Translations under genes and position numbers: made by a program
Shown here: piece by piece, positions 12,075 through 27,000 of the stretch
How the letters are laid out: each line of letters begins with the position of its first letter
Numbering within the stretch: position 1 is the stretch's first letter
Source: Balanoglossus misakiensis
Lineage: Eukaryota > Animalia > Hemichordata
Reading direction: 5' to 3'
NCBI GenBank assembly: GCA_040954595.2
Contig: CM082586.2
Coordinates: 4,285,125 to 4,349,124 of the forward strand
DNA length: 64,000 bases
Notes under the pieces: model-generated
Told to the model about the DNA's origin: nothing
Seen by the model: only the letters and a program-made list of their open reading frames with translations
Databases searched by the model: none

Positions 12075-15000
12075 TCACACGAATCCAAACGTCTTCGTCT
12101 TAATGGCAGTCGTCAGCTTGGTTTTCAGAATAACCTTGGAGGAGTAGAGCGGGATGTAGAGCCGCGATATGCAGGTGTTGGCCGTGGGCAGGTGGTCATC
12201 GTCGGGGGGTCGCACGGTGATGGTGGGCATGGGTTGGAAGCCCTCCTCGCTGGCTGGCACGTTGGGACTAGAAGTCCAAAAGTACACCTGATGGTCACAC
12301 AAAAAAGAAAGGAATGTGTAATGTTACGTTTTATCAGTAAAATCTCTGTAAACCATTCATTGGGTCTTAATACAGATCAACGCATGCAAATTTTTAGCGT
12401 TCAATATTTTAAAATCAGATTGCAACCTTAGGATCTTTCATGCCTGGAGACGTTTTTCTGACATCCAATGCATTGGTCATATTCCGCCATTTTCCAACCG
12501 CTGCTGATCTACAACAGTAAAAGCTGGTCGAGAAATCAAACAACCTGTGTACTGCACACATCATCAAAACAACAACATACCAAATCCTGTCTCTCGCTGT
12601 TATTCATCTTCTCAACAATGGACCAAAACCATCGTTTGAATTTCTGCAACTTCTCAGAGGTGTCACCTGCGAAAAAATCGCACACAAAATAGAATTATCA
12701 CAGACTTTTCACTCATGACACACAGACACCTGTATAGGTGCAGGACATCTAGCCAATCAGAAATTTTCACTTGGGGGGCCATGCGAAAGTATGCCAACCC
12801 ACACAGTCATGGTAATTTGCAAATTTGATAAAGTTACCTAACCTGATTTGCAGAGGTCAAGGGTTCAACTCAAAGGTCACAGGGAGGTCACCTGACTACT
12901 CACCACTCTCATCATTGAATGACGTGTAACTGATCAGTTGTTGGACGTTGACCTGTCCCACTCCGTTGACGAGCAACCGGAAATCTTCGGCCGTCAGTCC
13001 GTCCAGCGCATTGCGTGGCAGCACATCAAATACCCCGCTACGTAATGACTGCAATGGAAATCACACAAGTTTCATTTCAGAGGGGACACTATATGGTCAT
13101 AGCAAAACATACCCCCAACACACACACAGACACATACATATCCACACACTGATACACAACCCCCTAACACAGACAGAAACACATGCACACACTGGTACTC
13201 TTAACACACAGACAGACAGACACATATCCACACACTGAAACTAACACAACCCCCAACACACAGACAGACACAAATCCCCACACACTAAAACACAAACACT
13301 CACCTGAGTGGCCTTCTCTGCCACCTTCACCATCCGATACTCGGCATATTTCCGGACATAGTCGTAGACATTGCTGGCGCTGACTTGCACGAACGCGCCA
13401 CCCGGAATCAAGTCCACCGTGCTCCCTCCTTCCTCTTTACTCAGTTCCACCGTGAAATTCAGATCCAACGCCGAGAAAATACTGTCTGAGCATTCCCCTT
13501 TGTGGGCGTCCATGATCAGTTGTCGTAGACTCTCGTACATGATCGGGTCAAAGAATGCCAGATCGTGCCAAGCGACCTGAAAAAAAAAATTGATCAGAAT
13601 TCCCATGCTTTTCATCTTATTTCGCGTAAACATACTACACTGCCCGTCATCAGAGCTCTACATACTGTAAATCCACTCACCTTCCGACCCAGAATTTGTT
13701 TGATGACGTGTCTGTTGAGTTGTAACGGACAGAGTTCATTCTGCAGCAGACATAAGCCGATCAACCTATTGCAGAGAAATCAAATAAGTAATACCCGTTA
13801 CAATACAGCTAAAACTTTAAATTAATCTAGACAGCTGATTAGTAAAGACAGGCCCAAAAGAATGTCATTCAAAACTCTCCACATAAAGTACACCCTTACC
13901 TCCCGATATTTCTGAAGACATTCAGTCTCTCTGTCGAATTTTTGCCCGGTCTCGGAGAATAGAAACCTCGCTTGCCCGGTTGGTAGAAGAGACTAGAATT
14001 ATCATCGTTGTCTTCCTCGCTGTCTCCGTCCGTGGGACCTTCCTTCTTTGGTGTCTTCTCCGCCGTGCGCTCCAGAGCGAAGATGTCCACGTCTAAGACG
14101 TCTGCCGCACTCACATCCCTGCAGGCAAACACAGAAAGCCAAAACTGGTGAGACACACCCACAGACAAGCCCAGACACAGAGGCAGCAGGGTTGGCGCTA
14201 GGATTTCTTTCTGGTTTCGCTGAACTTGCCCGGTGAGGCGAAAATGGTCTAATTGTTTTTAGCCACACTCTTACCTGCCATGAGAGAGGATGATATCGAC
14301 AGCTTCATCCACTTTGGCTCGCAGCGATTCCTCGCTGGCCAGCAAGAACAACAACTGCGCTGGGGGCAGCTCCAAAAGCATACCAGTGATTTTACTTGCC
14401 AGGGACTGTTGAAACAAAAAGACAGTGGAAATGTTCATTATTGAGAGTCAGACCCTTCATGTCGTTATTACAGCACGTTTGTCATCTCAGTAGACAAATT
14501 GACATCTTTTCATGACAACCAATACTTTATGATAGTCCATGTGCCTATATCAGTTTTCCAGGACCCCCCCCCCCCCTGACAATAATTAGAAAAATCATAC
14601 CACAGAATACAGATGATACATATTTCCATTTCTACTCACTGGTTGTAATGCCTGTACTCTGGGGAACAGTCTCTCGCCAAACGACTGCTTCTGGGGCGAC
14701 AGTGGTTCGTAGTCCTCATTGGGTCTGTCGGAGCTGTGCATGCTGTAGAACGGCCTGGCATCGTAGGTGAGTTGACGAGATTCTCTGCTGATACGGCGCA
14801 GACGGCGTTCGGTTTGACGTTGTAGGCGCTCGCGTTCTCTCTCGCGGTTTCTCAGCCTTTGAATCAGACCTGAGACGAACAAATCCAAAAAATAAGTCAC
14901 ACTGATGTCTAAAAATGCTTTGCAGTTATTTTGATTACTCCTATCAACAAGATAAGAATGCTAGTGTGAATTGAATGAACTAAACACGACAAAATTATTA

Positions 15001-18000
15001 CAGCATTTTATGCAGGATTCTGCCAGACTTGAGTGCCTGCAACTCATTAATATTCATGCTCATTAGTATTCATATTCATTGATATTCATGAATGTCTATT
15101 GCATGTCATACCCATTCATCAATGCATAAAAACGGATTGAGTACACAATGGTGTCTGCTGGCAGCGTTTGTTTGTTGGCTATTTCACGTAAGTGCCGGTC
15201 TACCCCTGACCACCACAGACCAGCGTGGGGAGATAGAACCCAGTGCGACTTACTGTATTGCACTCCTTTGCCAGTTCCTTGCACGTCGTCCAAGCTGGGC
15301 AGTTTCTCTGGCGACATGAACGCCTCGGCGATGGCCGTGTAGAAACTCCTCGCCACGCCGCTGCCCTCGCCAGGCTCGTCTTTGAAGGTGACCTTGACCC
15401 GGTGAACCGCCATGGGTTGGATGGCGGCACTGCGACGACCGAAGTGCGCATTCAGTTGTCGTAGAGATTGCTGGATCAGGGCACTGCGTTCTCTCTCAAC
15501 CTGACGCACACAAACATAGGAATATTTCCATAAAAATAAAAATACATAGGACCAAACTACGACAAAGCATTATCCATTGTATCACACACTATTACTAGAA
15601 GACTCTGTAAAATCAGTATCAGAATCAGCACAACCGTCTTGATACTGATTGGCTGAGCTGCCTTTCAAACACAGGTGCAATCCTACCCCCTACCTCAATA
15701 GTCAAATCCCTTGTTTGGTTATTTCTCAGTTTCTCCATCTCTCTTCTGAACTTGGCCTCCTTGACCTCGAATCCGCCCAGCTCACTCAGGATTGAGCCCG
15801 GCTCTGCGCCTACGTCGTCCAGAAACACCCGGCCAAACAACTCCAGGCACAAACGCCATCTGCCGAGAAGCGTGTCGGACGATACCAGTGGGCCCATCAG
15901 ACCTTGTCTGTTGATATCAAATGCAGTGAAATTTACATTAGTGCTGGGAGACTAAATCTCATGTTCAAAATATATATCCTTTCTTATAAATTCCTTATGA
16001 TATCTTAGTATATGTCTGGCTACAATACAACATGATATGGAATGAAAGCCAGCTACTAAGTCTGTGCTATTTACTTTATCAAGCCTATATTCAGAATAAG
16101 CAGTGATCAAATATAAAGCTTCAGATATTCATCTATTCATTCACCATACAGTCAGTGCTCTGGAGGTCTGTGTTTCAAACTTACCTTGAAAACAAGAATG
16201 TTGATCCCACAGGTTGGATGTGAGACGAGTCCACTGTCACAGTGGGCCCACCACCACTACCACCACCCACCGTTGCCATGCTACCACCAGCCAATGGCAT
16301 CGGCTCGTTCGAACCCGGTAGCTGCAAGGAGCCAGATTTCCTGGCGTCCTTATCCTCGGATCGCGGCTTCTCCGTCTGCTCCGATACCGGCTTGGCGTCG
16401 GCTGACCCGGTCGATCTGATCACGGAGACGCTCTTACTCGGTGTTGTGTTACCGCCGTCTGTGGCGCCCATTGACAGGTTGGTCGGTTCCTTGCTTGCAT
16501 CCTTCGGTGCTGTTGTTGCATCTGCAGGGGCGTCCACCATGACAATGTCGCCATCAGATGTAGAGGGCGCACTCTCCGTTGTCTGGACGACCTGCGGCAC
16601 CGCGTGGCTGGGATCGCCGCTGGGCACAGCACCAGGCATAGTGGACTGGAACTGGACAGTAGACATGCCTGGCAAGTTCACGGCCACGTCGCTGGCTTCG
16701 GTGCTGGGTTGCGACGACCTTCCGGTCAAGTCTAAACCCGCTGGTGGTTCCACGGGTACCTCGGGCGGTGGCGCCTGGTGGTGGTGGTGGTGGAGAACGA
16801 TCGGTTGTCGCGGGAACAGACTCAACCGGGTCGGGATGATTTCCAGGTACCGCTGCTCAACGGTAACGTCTTGGGGATGCGGATGTGTGGGCCCGGATGA
16901 AGTTTCCGACTTCGGTGGAATTATGGTCTGGCACGGGTTGCCGAACAGCTCCTCCTTTCGCGCGTTCGGCTGCAGCAGATGCGGCTGTTCGGCCAGAGGC
17001 AGGGACTCGGCCAGCGCGAACTCGAACGGATCCGCGGGCGGGCATCCCAGGTGAGTGACAGAATCCGACCGTTGGAAGAACGGGTGCTTGCGCCCGCCGC
17101 TCGTGGAAGGCAGACTACGATCGTCGTCGATGCTGTCGGTATCCATGGCGCCCGACTGGGTGACGTCATCGTCCCCGTGCTCGTCGGTCTCGTTGTCGTC
17201 GTCAGGGTCCCACACCAGCGACTCCTGTATGGTGTCCACGTTATCAGCGACGTCTTGATCGCTGCTGTTGCGCATGTAGTAAATGACCGAGTCCAGGATG
17301 TACGCCACGTGCTTCAGGGCCGAGACGTCGACGATCGGCAGGGAGTCGCAATGTTCGGCGTTGTGCGACCTCATCAACGACAGAGCGTAACTCAGAAAGT
17401 CATGACGGTTGGAGTGAGCCGGATCCGCACCGGCGCTGGGCCGGGTTCGTCTCTCGAACGTGTGCAGGATGTTGAAGTCGTCCGGCAGCACGTCGCGGGA
17501 CCGCTCGCGCAGGTTACGCATGTGCACAGAGTGCAGCGGGTGGCTGGGGTGAGACGGATCGGTGGACGAATTCAACGCCTGTCCGAACCGCAGCTGAGCT
17601 TCGGTGCTGTCCATGATGGCCACCAGCCAGTCCCAAGTCGGTTTCATGTGGTACTCCATAAACATCTGAAACAAGACATGGGCAGATGAGGTAAAAAAGC
17701 CATTTTCCACATGTGATTGCACAATCACTGTTGGTGAATCCAATGCAAGATTAGAAGTTCATGAGCCAATCAGAGTAGGTCTTGTGTACGTACAATGGTT
17801 GATATTGACTAAGATCAAATACTATTGGCTAGGCGAAATCACAAACCTGTAAGTCCATAGTCGTTTGATATGAGATGTCCAGTGCTTGTGGCAACGGTGC
17901 TATGCCTGGGTAGTCCGGCAACAACGCTAGCAAGTCGGATATCTGTCGGATGACGATGGCGTACGCGCGTGCCAGCTGACTGGCGGTGGTCGCCATGGCG

Positions 18001-21000
18001 TTTCCGTGATCCGACCCGTGAGCTGCGGCACTCGCACCGACCGCTGCAGCGCTGCGTCGCAGGGAGGACGGATCGATGTAGATTAAGCCTCCGGAACCTA
18101 GGGTAAAGAGAAAACAATACTGTACTGCCGGCATATAGGAATTGATATAGCAAAAGAGGATTGAAGTGATAGTCAAGACAAGATTGGAAAATCCTGCAAA
18201 GTTTATTACTGAGGCTACAGTGTTTAATTACACACCACACCGAACCTTCCATATACTGTAAAAGCATACATTTTCACTAGGATTTGATTTGCCTGACTGT
18301 TGTCACGCTACAATATTTCACATTTTCTTACTGGTTGGTGCCGAGGTTGTATTGGCAGCAGCTCCACCCCTGGGATTTCTCACCGCCCACTGCAGAGAGT
18401 ACGGCGCCTGAGACGAGCGGTTGGCATGGCTACTGTTGCTGGGACGCTCCAGCTGCTCGTCGATGAACTCCGTCTCGTCGTTCTCCTCCTCCTCCTCGAT
18501 CTCATCCATCTCGCTCTCCTCCTGGTTGGAGGAGGAGTCTTCCTCGGAGAAGAAGGCGGTGACCGAGCCCCCACCTGCAAGGCGCAGACCAGAGACTACA
18601 TGGAAAATTAAATCCACCGGACACAGCATGGGAAGTCATTCCACAACTTGTCAAGGTTTATAATAAATTCAAGTTGCGTGAATTTTTTTTTTGCCCAGAT
18701 TTTCTTATGAGTTCTTCGGGTATTTTGAGGAATGAAAGGTGCAGTAAAACGTAACAAGCCTGTCCTTCTGAACTTGGTATACACTTGGCCAATCTTTTTA
18801 TCCAATACAATTTTAGATGGGGAGATTTCATTTTTCGTGATTTCCTAAGATTTTCTTGACCCTCTCACCACCAGTTCTCTCTTTAGATATTCAACTTTAT
18901 CATAGCAAACAATGGGTTTGGACTGAACCATGGTGGTAAAATGGTAAAGTTAAAATTTCATGATTTTCAAAAGTTCTTTCTGTAAGCATGTGGACTCTGT
19001 CAAGAGTGCAATCAATTTGTCAGGTCCAGATTCTCTGAAAATCTTGCAATAAAATCAATGACAGAGCCCACAGATCATCTGCAATGCAAACAGCAGAACA
19101 CCACTAACCTGCATCAGACCCAGCCGTTGCAGCGGTCACTGCACTGCGCCTTCCACTGGCGTTGTCTTGACTGACAGTGTCGTGGTCGTGATCGTGATCC
19201 TGGTTGCTGTGGTTACTCTCGCTGTCGCTTTCACTCTCAGCCAACAGATCTAGATCCATGTCACTGTCGTTGCCACCTAAAACAGAGCAAAAGGTATCAC
19301 TTAGCATTTTATGTTAGTGTTCCAATTTCGTTTCATCACAGTAGTAGCATATAACTGTCAGTGCCAACTGACTAGAAATTAGATCCCTAACTTTGTGATT
19401 AAAAGTAAGTGAATTGTTCAATGTCAGCTGGGGAGTCTGTACCTTCTTCTTGATCCTGGTCGTCATGGTGACTTTCGTGGTCTTGCTCGTCCACATGACC
19501 GTCGCTGTGCTGATCATGTACGTCCTGGTTGTCATGGTCACCGTCGTCCTGGGCAACCAGGTCACTGACCACACCTTCCACAACTTCAACCTGTAGAATG
19601 AAGTACCGTGTCATAAATGTGAACCTATCTTCTACAAGATACGTCTAATTACTGTCTATGAAACAGATTTGTGCAATTTCTGATGTACAAAGCATAACAT
19701 GGCATTTGCCACTAACATTTCAATTTATATTGCACACAGCCCCCAGCAAATTCCCTGATTTCTGCCCCTCACCTCTTCCACATCAGCAGAGACTATGTCA
19801 TCATCATCCCGTTCCCGGGATCGGACATTCTCATCCCGCCGACTCTGCGGAGCGCTCGTATGCGGAATGTAATGCCTCCCGGAGTGTCCCTGTTGGCCGG
19901 ATCCCGACTGTCTGGCTGGCAATGGCTCCGCTGAGAACAACTCGGCACTCCCCTATCAGAGTAAATACAGAGAAAATCAATTAGCTGTGACTTCAGATTT
20001 TTTTAAACGACGTGCACTAGACCCTAGTTGAGTCACATCTTAGTCAAAATACCATTTTTCCAATTTCTATGGGCAGACACTCTCATGTGACACAAAAGTT
20101 AATATTTTAAATTCTTACTGATTCTAGTTTCATACTAAGTTTCACTTGTATTACTTGGCCAAGATCTCGAAATGAGCTGAAAATCATATATTGTGGGTAA
20201 CGTTGTAGCTCCCGTTGTTTGTCAATACTCATTATGATGTGTGATGTGGAACTGTGCATGAAGACTGGCATCTTGTGAGATACAGACCTGAATGGCATCC
20301 ACGTGGGAGTTGACCAGAGAGAACGGCGCCGTAGGTCTGGCCACACCCAGTCGGACCGGAGCGATGATGGAATCAGCGATCTCACACAGCTCTTCTATGG
20401 CCAGGTTGATCAGTGCCTGGAACACTCTCTTGCATCGAACTATTGGCTGAGATATGCTGGTTCTGGGGAAAAATCAGTGTCAGAAAAACAAACATGGTTG
20501 AATTGATTGGACTTGGTACAAAGTGCAGGCTTGACACAGTCTGGAACAGTTCTATTGCACAGGGACTGGTAACAAAGTAGCCACTACTGACAAGTGTCCT
20601 CTCTACAGAGGCGGCCACTAACACAGGTTTGACCGTCATTTGTTCAAGACTTACGGCTTCTTCCTGCCCGGCGCCATCTCAATACTGAGCACGACAAAGA
20701 CTCTGGCGACCGAGCGAACAAATCTTCGGACCACGTCTGCCGCTTCCGCCTTTCTGCCGGCCACGCTGTTGTTTTGAAGTTCTCGGATCAGCGTTGACAG
20801 CAACGCATCCAACATCTGAAAATTTGTGACATTGCAAGAATTAGAACGTCGCATGGTATCACATTTTCAAAGAACAGGATTTTAAGAAGAGATAGTTTGC
20901 GAATTCTCACCTCCACACTACACTTGACAATCAGGCAGTGAGTGAAGCAGTCCAATCGCGATGTGCCGCTCTGCTGTGATAGATATGTGAACTCTTCAGA

Positions 21001-24000
21001 GGTATATGAATGTCTGCGATATAAACAATAAAAAAGTGTGAGATTGAAAAGTACGTTTAAAAAAATCATATCCTGGAAGAGGCTGCAATAAACGTTGAGT
21101 AGAATAGACAATTTACTTCTAACTTATCTGGGATATTTCTCTCACCTTTGTGTGTCTTTGTAACCACTGTTAATCATTGCTTTGACGGCCTTCCAGTCTT
21201 GGAGAACTCGCTCTAATGCTTTCCTGGTAAATCGGGGTGGTTCAAGGTTGTGTTCCGGCATCTCTTGTTCTGAAATATGAAACGTTGTGATTAATATATC
21301 AAGACACTGACTTGGATAAGTGGTTTGATTAGTTTAGGGGTTGTGATGTAATTTTTCTCAATCTTGCCTTACTGCTCGCGAAAATAACCTGTTTTACGGT
21401 ATTTTTAATGCACACGACATTTGAAGAAGACTTACCTGAGTCGGGTGCCTTTCTCACACCTCTGTTTCTTGTCGGATGATACTGTCTCTGCTCTATCATC
21501 TGTCTGGCCACCGTCTGTACTAGGAACAGGAGTACGTTTTCACCCCTGATAGAGAAAACACACAAACATTTGCACTTCATTTCAATGAATCCTACTTTGC
21601 CAAGGCAATCACAAGAACGATAATATGTTAGTTAGATTTTTCCAAGACAGTCAAATGAACAAGCAAATCATTCAAATTGAATTTTCTCACACACATGCTG
21701 TCATCAATTCATGCTATGAACAACCAGCATCCAGAACTTAGTACAAAAGAACAATGTGTTAGATGCAATTTCGCACACACTGACTGGTTTTAACTCACCT
21801 GCTGTTTGGCAGAGTTACAAGATCAGTCTCTGATATGAGTTTATTGAGTAATTCCAGACGTGTTTTGTGATTGCCAGCGATCAATGCTTTGCAGTCACAC
21901 TTCTCCCAACAATCACAATAGGCAGTGGGTGAGGTTTTCTTCAACCTGCAATCATGACCTTTATGACAGACCCTAGCACACTCTGTACAGCAACACAGAC
22001 TACCAAGAAGACCACATGTACGGCATTCAAAAATGTCCTGTTGAGAAAAAAAAATCGAGTGAATGAGTGAATGAATCACTCAATCAATCAAGGTTTTGAC
22101 CATATATGGCAATTTATTTTAGACCATTGCTTTCTGTCAAAAACACAAATTTCATAGGTCAATTTCTGATATAAAGTTTACAAAGCTCTTCAAACAGATG
22201 TCTACCTGGTTGATATGTTCTGTGCCGGTCCACGTGAAACTACACGTATCGTTACAACACAACACGTGCAACGGCGAATTGTTCAGATTACTGCCCGGCG
22301 GATAGACCATCCTCATTTTGATCTCTCTCTCCGCGCTCTCCCGGTCCTCTTTCCTGTCCGTTTTCACTTTCTCCTTGGACTGTGCCTTGGCCACTTGCTG
22401 GATGGCGTCCAGGACGACCACAGCGGCCGAGTACGCTCGCCCGTTCACTGCTGCCATGAAAGGCGTGTTCCCTTCTGTGTCCCTGTGAAGTTCAAGATAA
22501 TTTCAGTCAGTACGGTACATCATGAGATGCAACTTATAGTCAAACCTGTGTTAGTGGCCACTTCTATATAGCGGACAATTTGTTACGGTCCCAGTGCAAT
22601 TTACATGTACATTATTTGACCTGTCTATAATGGCCACCTGTCTGTATTGGCCAGTTTAGGAAAGTCCTTTGACTGGCCGCTTTAACTGTATTTTTAATCC
22701 TAATGCATTTCAATCTACTTATCCTTAGATGACAGACAGACTTACTTGGCTGACAGTAGATCCCCCAGAAACGGTTGCAGGAGTGGTATTTCACAGATCA
22801 ATTTGAGGATCAGATGAGCATTACTCTTCCTGTCTTCCACAGTCAGATTAATGGGCTGCCCACTGACCACCGACCCCGGAGAAGAGAAGGCACTCGCTGA
22901 GCCGGCAGTGGCCGCTGTTGTCAGACTCACATTGTCCTCTTCATGATCTGAAGAGAGAACACCATGTGAGTAGGTGCAACTCAGATTTTGCAAAAACTGT
23001 GCGTAAATAGCCATGGAAGTACTGGACTGTCTTCCAATACAGTGCTCCATTACATGTAGGCTTCTGGTTTACCAATCATACGAACAGCAAAATAAGACAC
23101 CCCATGAGTAGGTGCAGCTAAGAATTTACGAAACTGTGTGTCGTTGGGATGACCATAGAAATGCTAGACTGTTTTCCAATACAAAGTCCAAATACATCTC
23201 GGCTTCTGGTTACAGTATCACAACTTTTGTTTAGGCAGACTTTACTGATGTTATTGACACAAAACAATGACAGTCTTTAGACTCTAAGTATTGCCTAAAG
23301 GTACCATCTTCCAACACCAGACATGGGCACACAGATGATGAACTCACCAGAGTAAAGTGGTGGATCTGGGGGCCAGTTGAGTGCTGGCAGCAGTGGTGGT
23401 TGCGGCTCTTGGCTCGAAGCATCTCGGCTCTCTTCCTGGCCCAAACCACTGTTGCTGCCGGCGGCTGTTCTGCCGGCCGATATCGAACGCCGCATCATTT
23501 CACGCAGGTTGATACTGAAAGCCAGTCAACACAAACCAGTATTAAAACACAGTTTGCGATCTACACACAGCTTAAGTACATGTACATTTGTTAAGGACAG
23601 TACCCAGGTAAATGTTACTAGGCTTCCCCAGTCATTATTAGTAGGAGTCCCTGTAGTATATCAACACAGTCATCAAATGACTAGCTTTAGTGTTACTGGG
23701 GTTCCAAAATCATTTACCAATGTTCCCCAACCTTAGCAAAAATCACTGCAATTCTAATTCATGGCCATCTTACTTTCTGGAGGAGGCAGCCGTGCTCCCA
23801 CTGGCATTGTTGGCCGCGATGGCATTGGCGATGGCGTCCATGGCATTGGTGACCGCGCTGATATGGCTGCTGACGTGGTCCAGGGCGGAGCTGAGACTAC
23901 TGATGCTGCTGCTGCCACCGGCTGCCATGGGGGCCGGGTTGTTGGTTGCCGAGCTGCTAGAGCCACTATCGCCTGTGGTGGCGGTGGTGGTGGGGGGGGG

Positions 24001-27000
24001 GGGGTGAAACAAAATGGCGGTTAGCATAGTAACTTGTACAGGGAAAGTTGGTGTTCATCATAAACATACATGTACATAGAGATACAAAGAGACATGGACA
24101 CATGCAGAACTGGACACTGAGCCAAAAGCAAACACATACACGCTGACAGGCAGGCAGATAGTCAGCCAGACATACAGACAGACAGACATACATACATACA
24201 CACACACACACACTCAATTTCACTCTGTAGCCACAAAGCAGACTGACAGGGTTCTGTGAAATTTAAACGCACTGCAGACATGCCTATCAAACACTCCCAT
24301 CTTTGCCATGTTGGAGATACACATCTTATCAGTATGCTGACTGCCAGACAAATTCCCAAAATTACTAGTATTCTCCATGGTTGTAACACTCACCACTGTC
24401 AGCATTGGTAGCAGGATAACACATGGCTATACACGTATGGATGATATTCCTGTTGCCATCCGAACACTCCTTTATTATTTGCTGAATCTTGTTTTCCTTT
24501 GATGTGGAATCTGACAAGAAAATATTTAGGAAATAATTGAGTAAGCAAGGGATCATTTTGTTTACATAGTACATGTGCATGTTGCAGTTCATTTGGAAAT
24601 GCAGGTCAAAAATTTATAGTATTAGTAAACTAATCAGACAAATCTGATTTTTTTATAATACAAAAAAATAAGAGAAACTGATTCATACAATATCCCAAAA
24701 TATTTGTACTGCGTGTTTTATCATGACATTGCATCCATTTCTGGAAGGATAGAATTCTTTCGAAATACTTACTGGTCTCTTGTTCCAGATTATGTAAATA
24801 TATCCTGACTGCTTCGTAGTCACATTTCAGAATTGATGGAATCAATGCTTGTATCTGTGAGAAAGCAAAAGTCACGAACGTGAATTGAATTCTTTGGCAT
24901 ATAGACACTTGTAGCTATAGGAAATGAACCCTGAAACTCTGCCACCCACCAGCTGGGGCAAGAGAATGGCATCTGCATACAGAAGTTAAATTTCCAGGGG
25001 GTACCCTGTCCTAGAACCACTGTCACTGACTGTTGAAGAAGGCTTTATTTTGATGAGAGCCAGGATTAAGTGCACACGTCAGATATTTACCTGCAACGCC
25101 ATGACGATGACGGCCGCCCTGTTCTTCAGAATACTGATGGTGTTCGTCATGTGATAGGTCCCGATGCTCATGCACTGTAACGGCGGCATGTCGAGCCAGA
25201 TCGGGTCGCGGATCCCGCCCACCGCATCCTTAGCCAGTGGGTACAGAGCACCATTGCCGTCTTGCAGTAACGTACAAGTGTCCTGCAGATAATACAGTGG
25301 TAGAGAATGAGTACATGTAAAGCAAAGTATGAGAAAAGCATCACATTATCCGGACAACACATTATCAGGATCTGAATGAGAACCGAGTATTTTCCTGACC
25401 TGTCCTGCTGTGTGCAGAGCCACATTTCTTTCATTCTGACCAATAAACCCGGCAATCTCGGTTGGGAAAACACTCTCCGTGTCCATTTTACCAGATCCTA
25501 AATCATGGACAACCACCTTCAGTGTTGAGCTGGTCTTCACCACAGCGTGTACTCCTGTGGACAAAATATGTGTAGTTTGTTTTTATCAGTCAAGGCTCAA
25601 CTATGTTAGAATGTATTGAAGGTATACAGTCATCTCCAATTTACATAAGCCCATATATGGCAGAAATGGCGTATTTGAGTGCTTTGAAGAACTACATACC
25701 CTTTGCATCGACAGCCACTGCTAAGATATGAGCACTCTCCGGGAGCAAGATCTTCTTCGGAGTTCGTTGGAAGCATTCTGGAATCTTGGGTGCTGTGTTG
25801 GCCTTCACAACCTGCGAGGAATTCAACACATCAGGTAAGTATTGACCACTACCACATAGATACATACACACCCATACACACACACACCCACACAAATACT
25901 GACTTGTTTGAAGTAACAGTGCAGTTCAGTATTTACCTGTAACTGGTCTAGTCTCAGCAGTCGACATTCTTGCAATATTGACATGGGATCTTCAGACGAG
26001 TTGGCACTGGTTGGACACTCCCTGGTTGGAAACTTGACGGCCGCGTAATCACCATCAACCTAGGGGGTAGGGAGGGGAAAATCAGTTCAATTGATGAAGC
26101 ATTGAGCACCAAGTATGTTAACCCCATCTACTTCTCAGTATGTGAGTTTAACCACATCAATGAAAACAATAGGTCAACGGTCAAATTGAAAAAAAACACA
26201 TCTAAATTGATCCTGCTATAGAAAATCCGCTAGAGTACTTTGTAATTGTTCACTAACCTTGAGCACTTTCCCAATAGGAGCATTTTTCACGTCTTCGACA
26301 AAGATGACATCTTTGAGAGGCCAGGACTCTTCGTCCGATTTCTCGCTCACTTCTTTCACCGGCGAGGGCGCTGATCTCTTACCACCTCTCCCTGTGTGTG
26401 CGAGAGAGAATACATGATTGGAATTTGAATGTCACTGGTATCTGAAGACAAAAATGATTTCATATGCAGGGTGGAACATTGTACATGATTGTAATTTTTC
26501 GAAATACACTGTAAGAATATGCAGGAAAGAACATTGTACAATTTTTTTTCTTATAAAAAGAAAAAAAAATGAATTTAATTTTTCGAAATCATGAGAAGAT
26601 TCGTGCAGCCCTTACTGAGAGAAGACGCACTTGAGACGATGGACACGTCGCTGCAGGTGGACGCGGGAGACGGCGGCGGTCCCATCTCGGTCTTCACCTC
26701 GTTCTTGTTCTCCGGCTTCAGCTCCGCTCGCCTCTCCTCGGTCTTGTCGACGGAGCGGATCTTGAAGCGACACACCTCGGACAGATTCCACGCCGACTCC
26801 AGAAGTTCTCCGACCTTGGGGGTCCCGCCGACCACGGTGAAACCCAGCGCCCCCGAATGGAACAAGGGCTTACTCACCAGGCAAACCTGACGGTCATCAA
26901 AAAAAATATTGAGGTTATACACGCAGCGGTTTTCAAGTTTTTGATGTGGACGGACATACAGACATACATACATACAGACGCTACCGATCCCATAAGGTCC

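Noticed and set aside
16242-17689. 270-aa and 236-aa plus-strand ORFs
   Set aside because: Antisense shadows of the large GC-rich UBR5 exon
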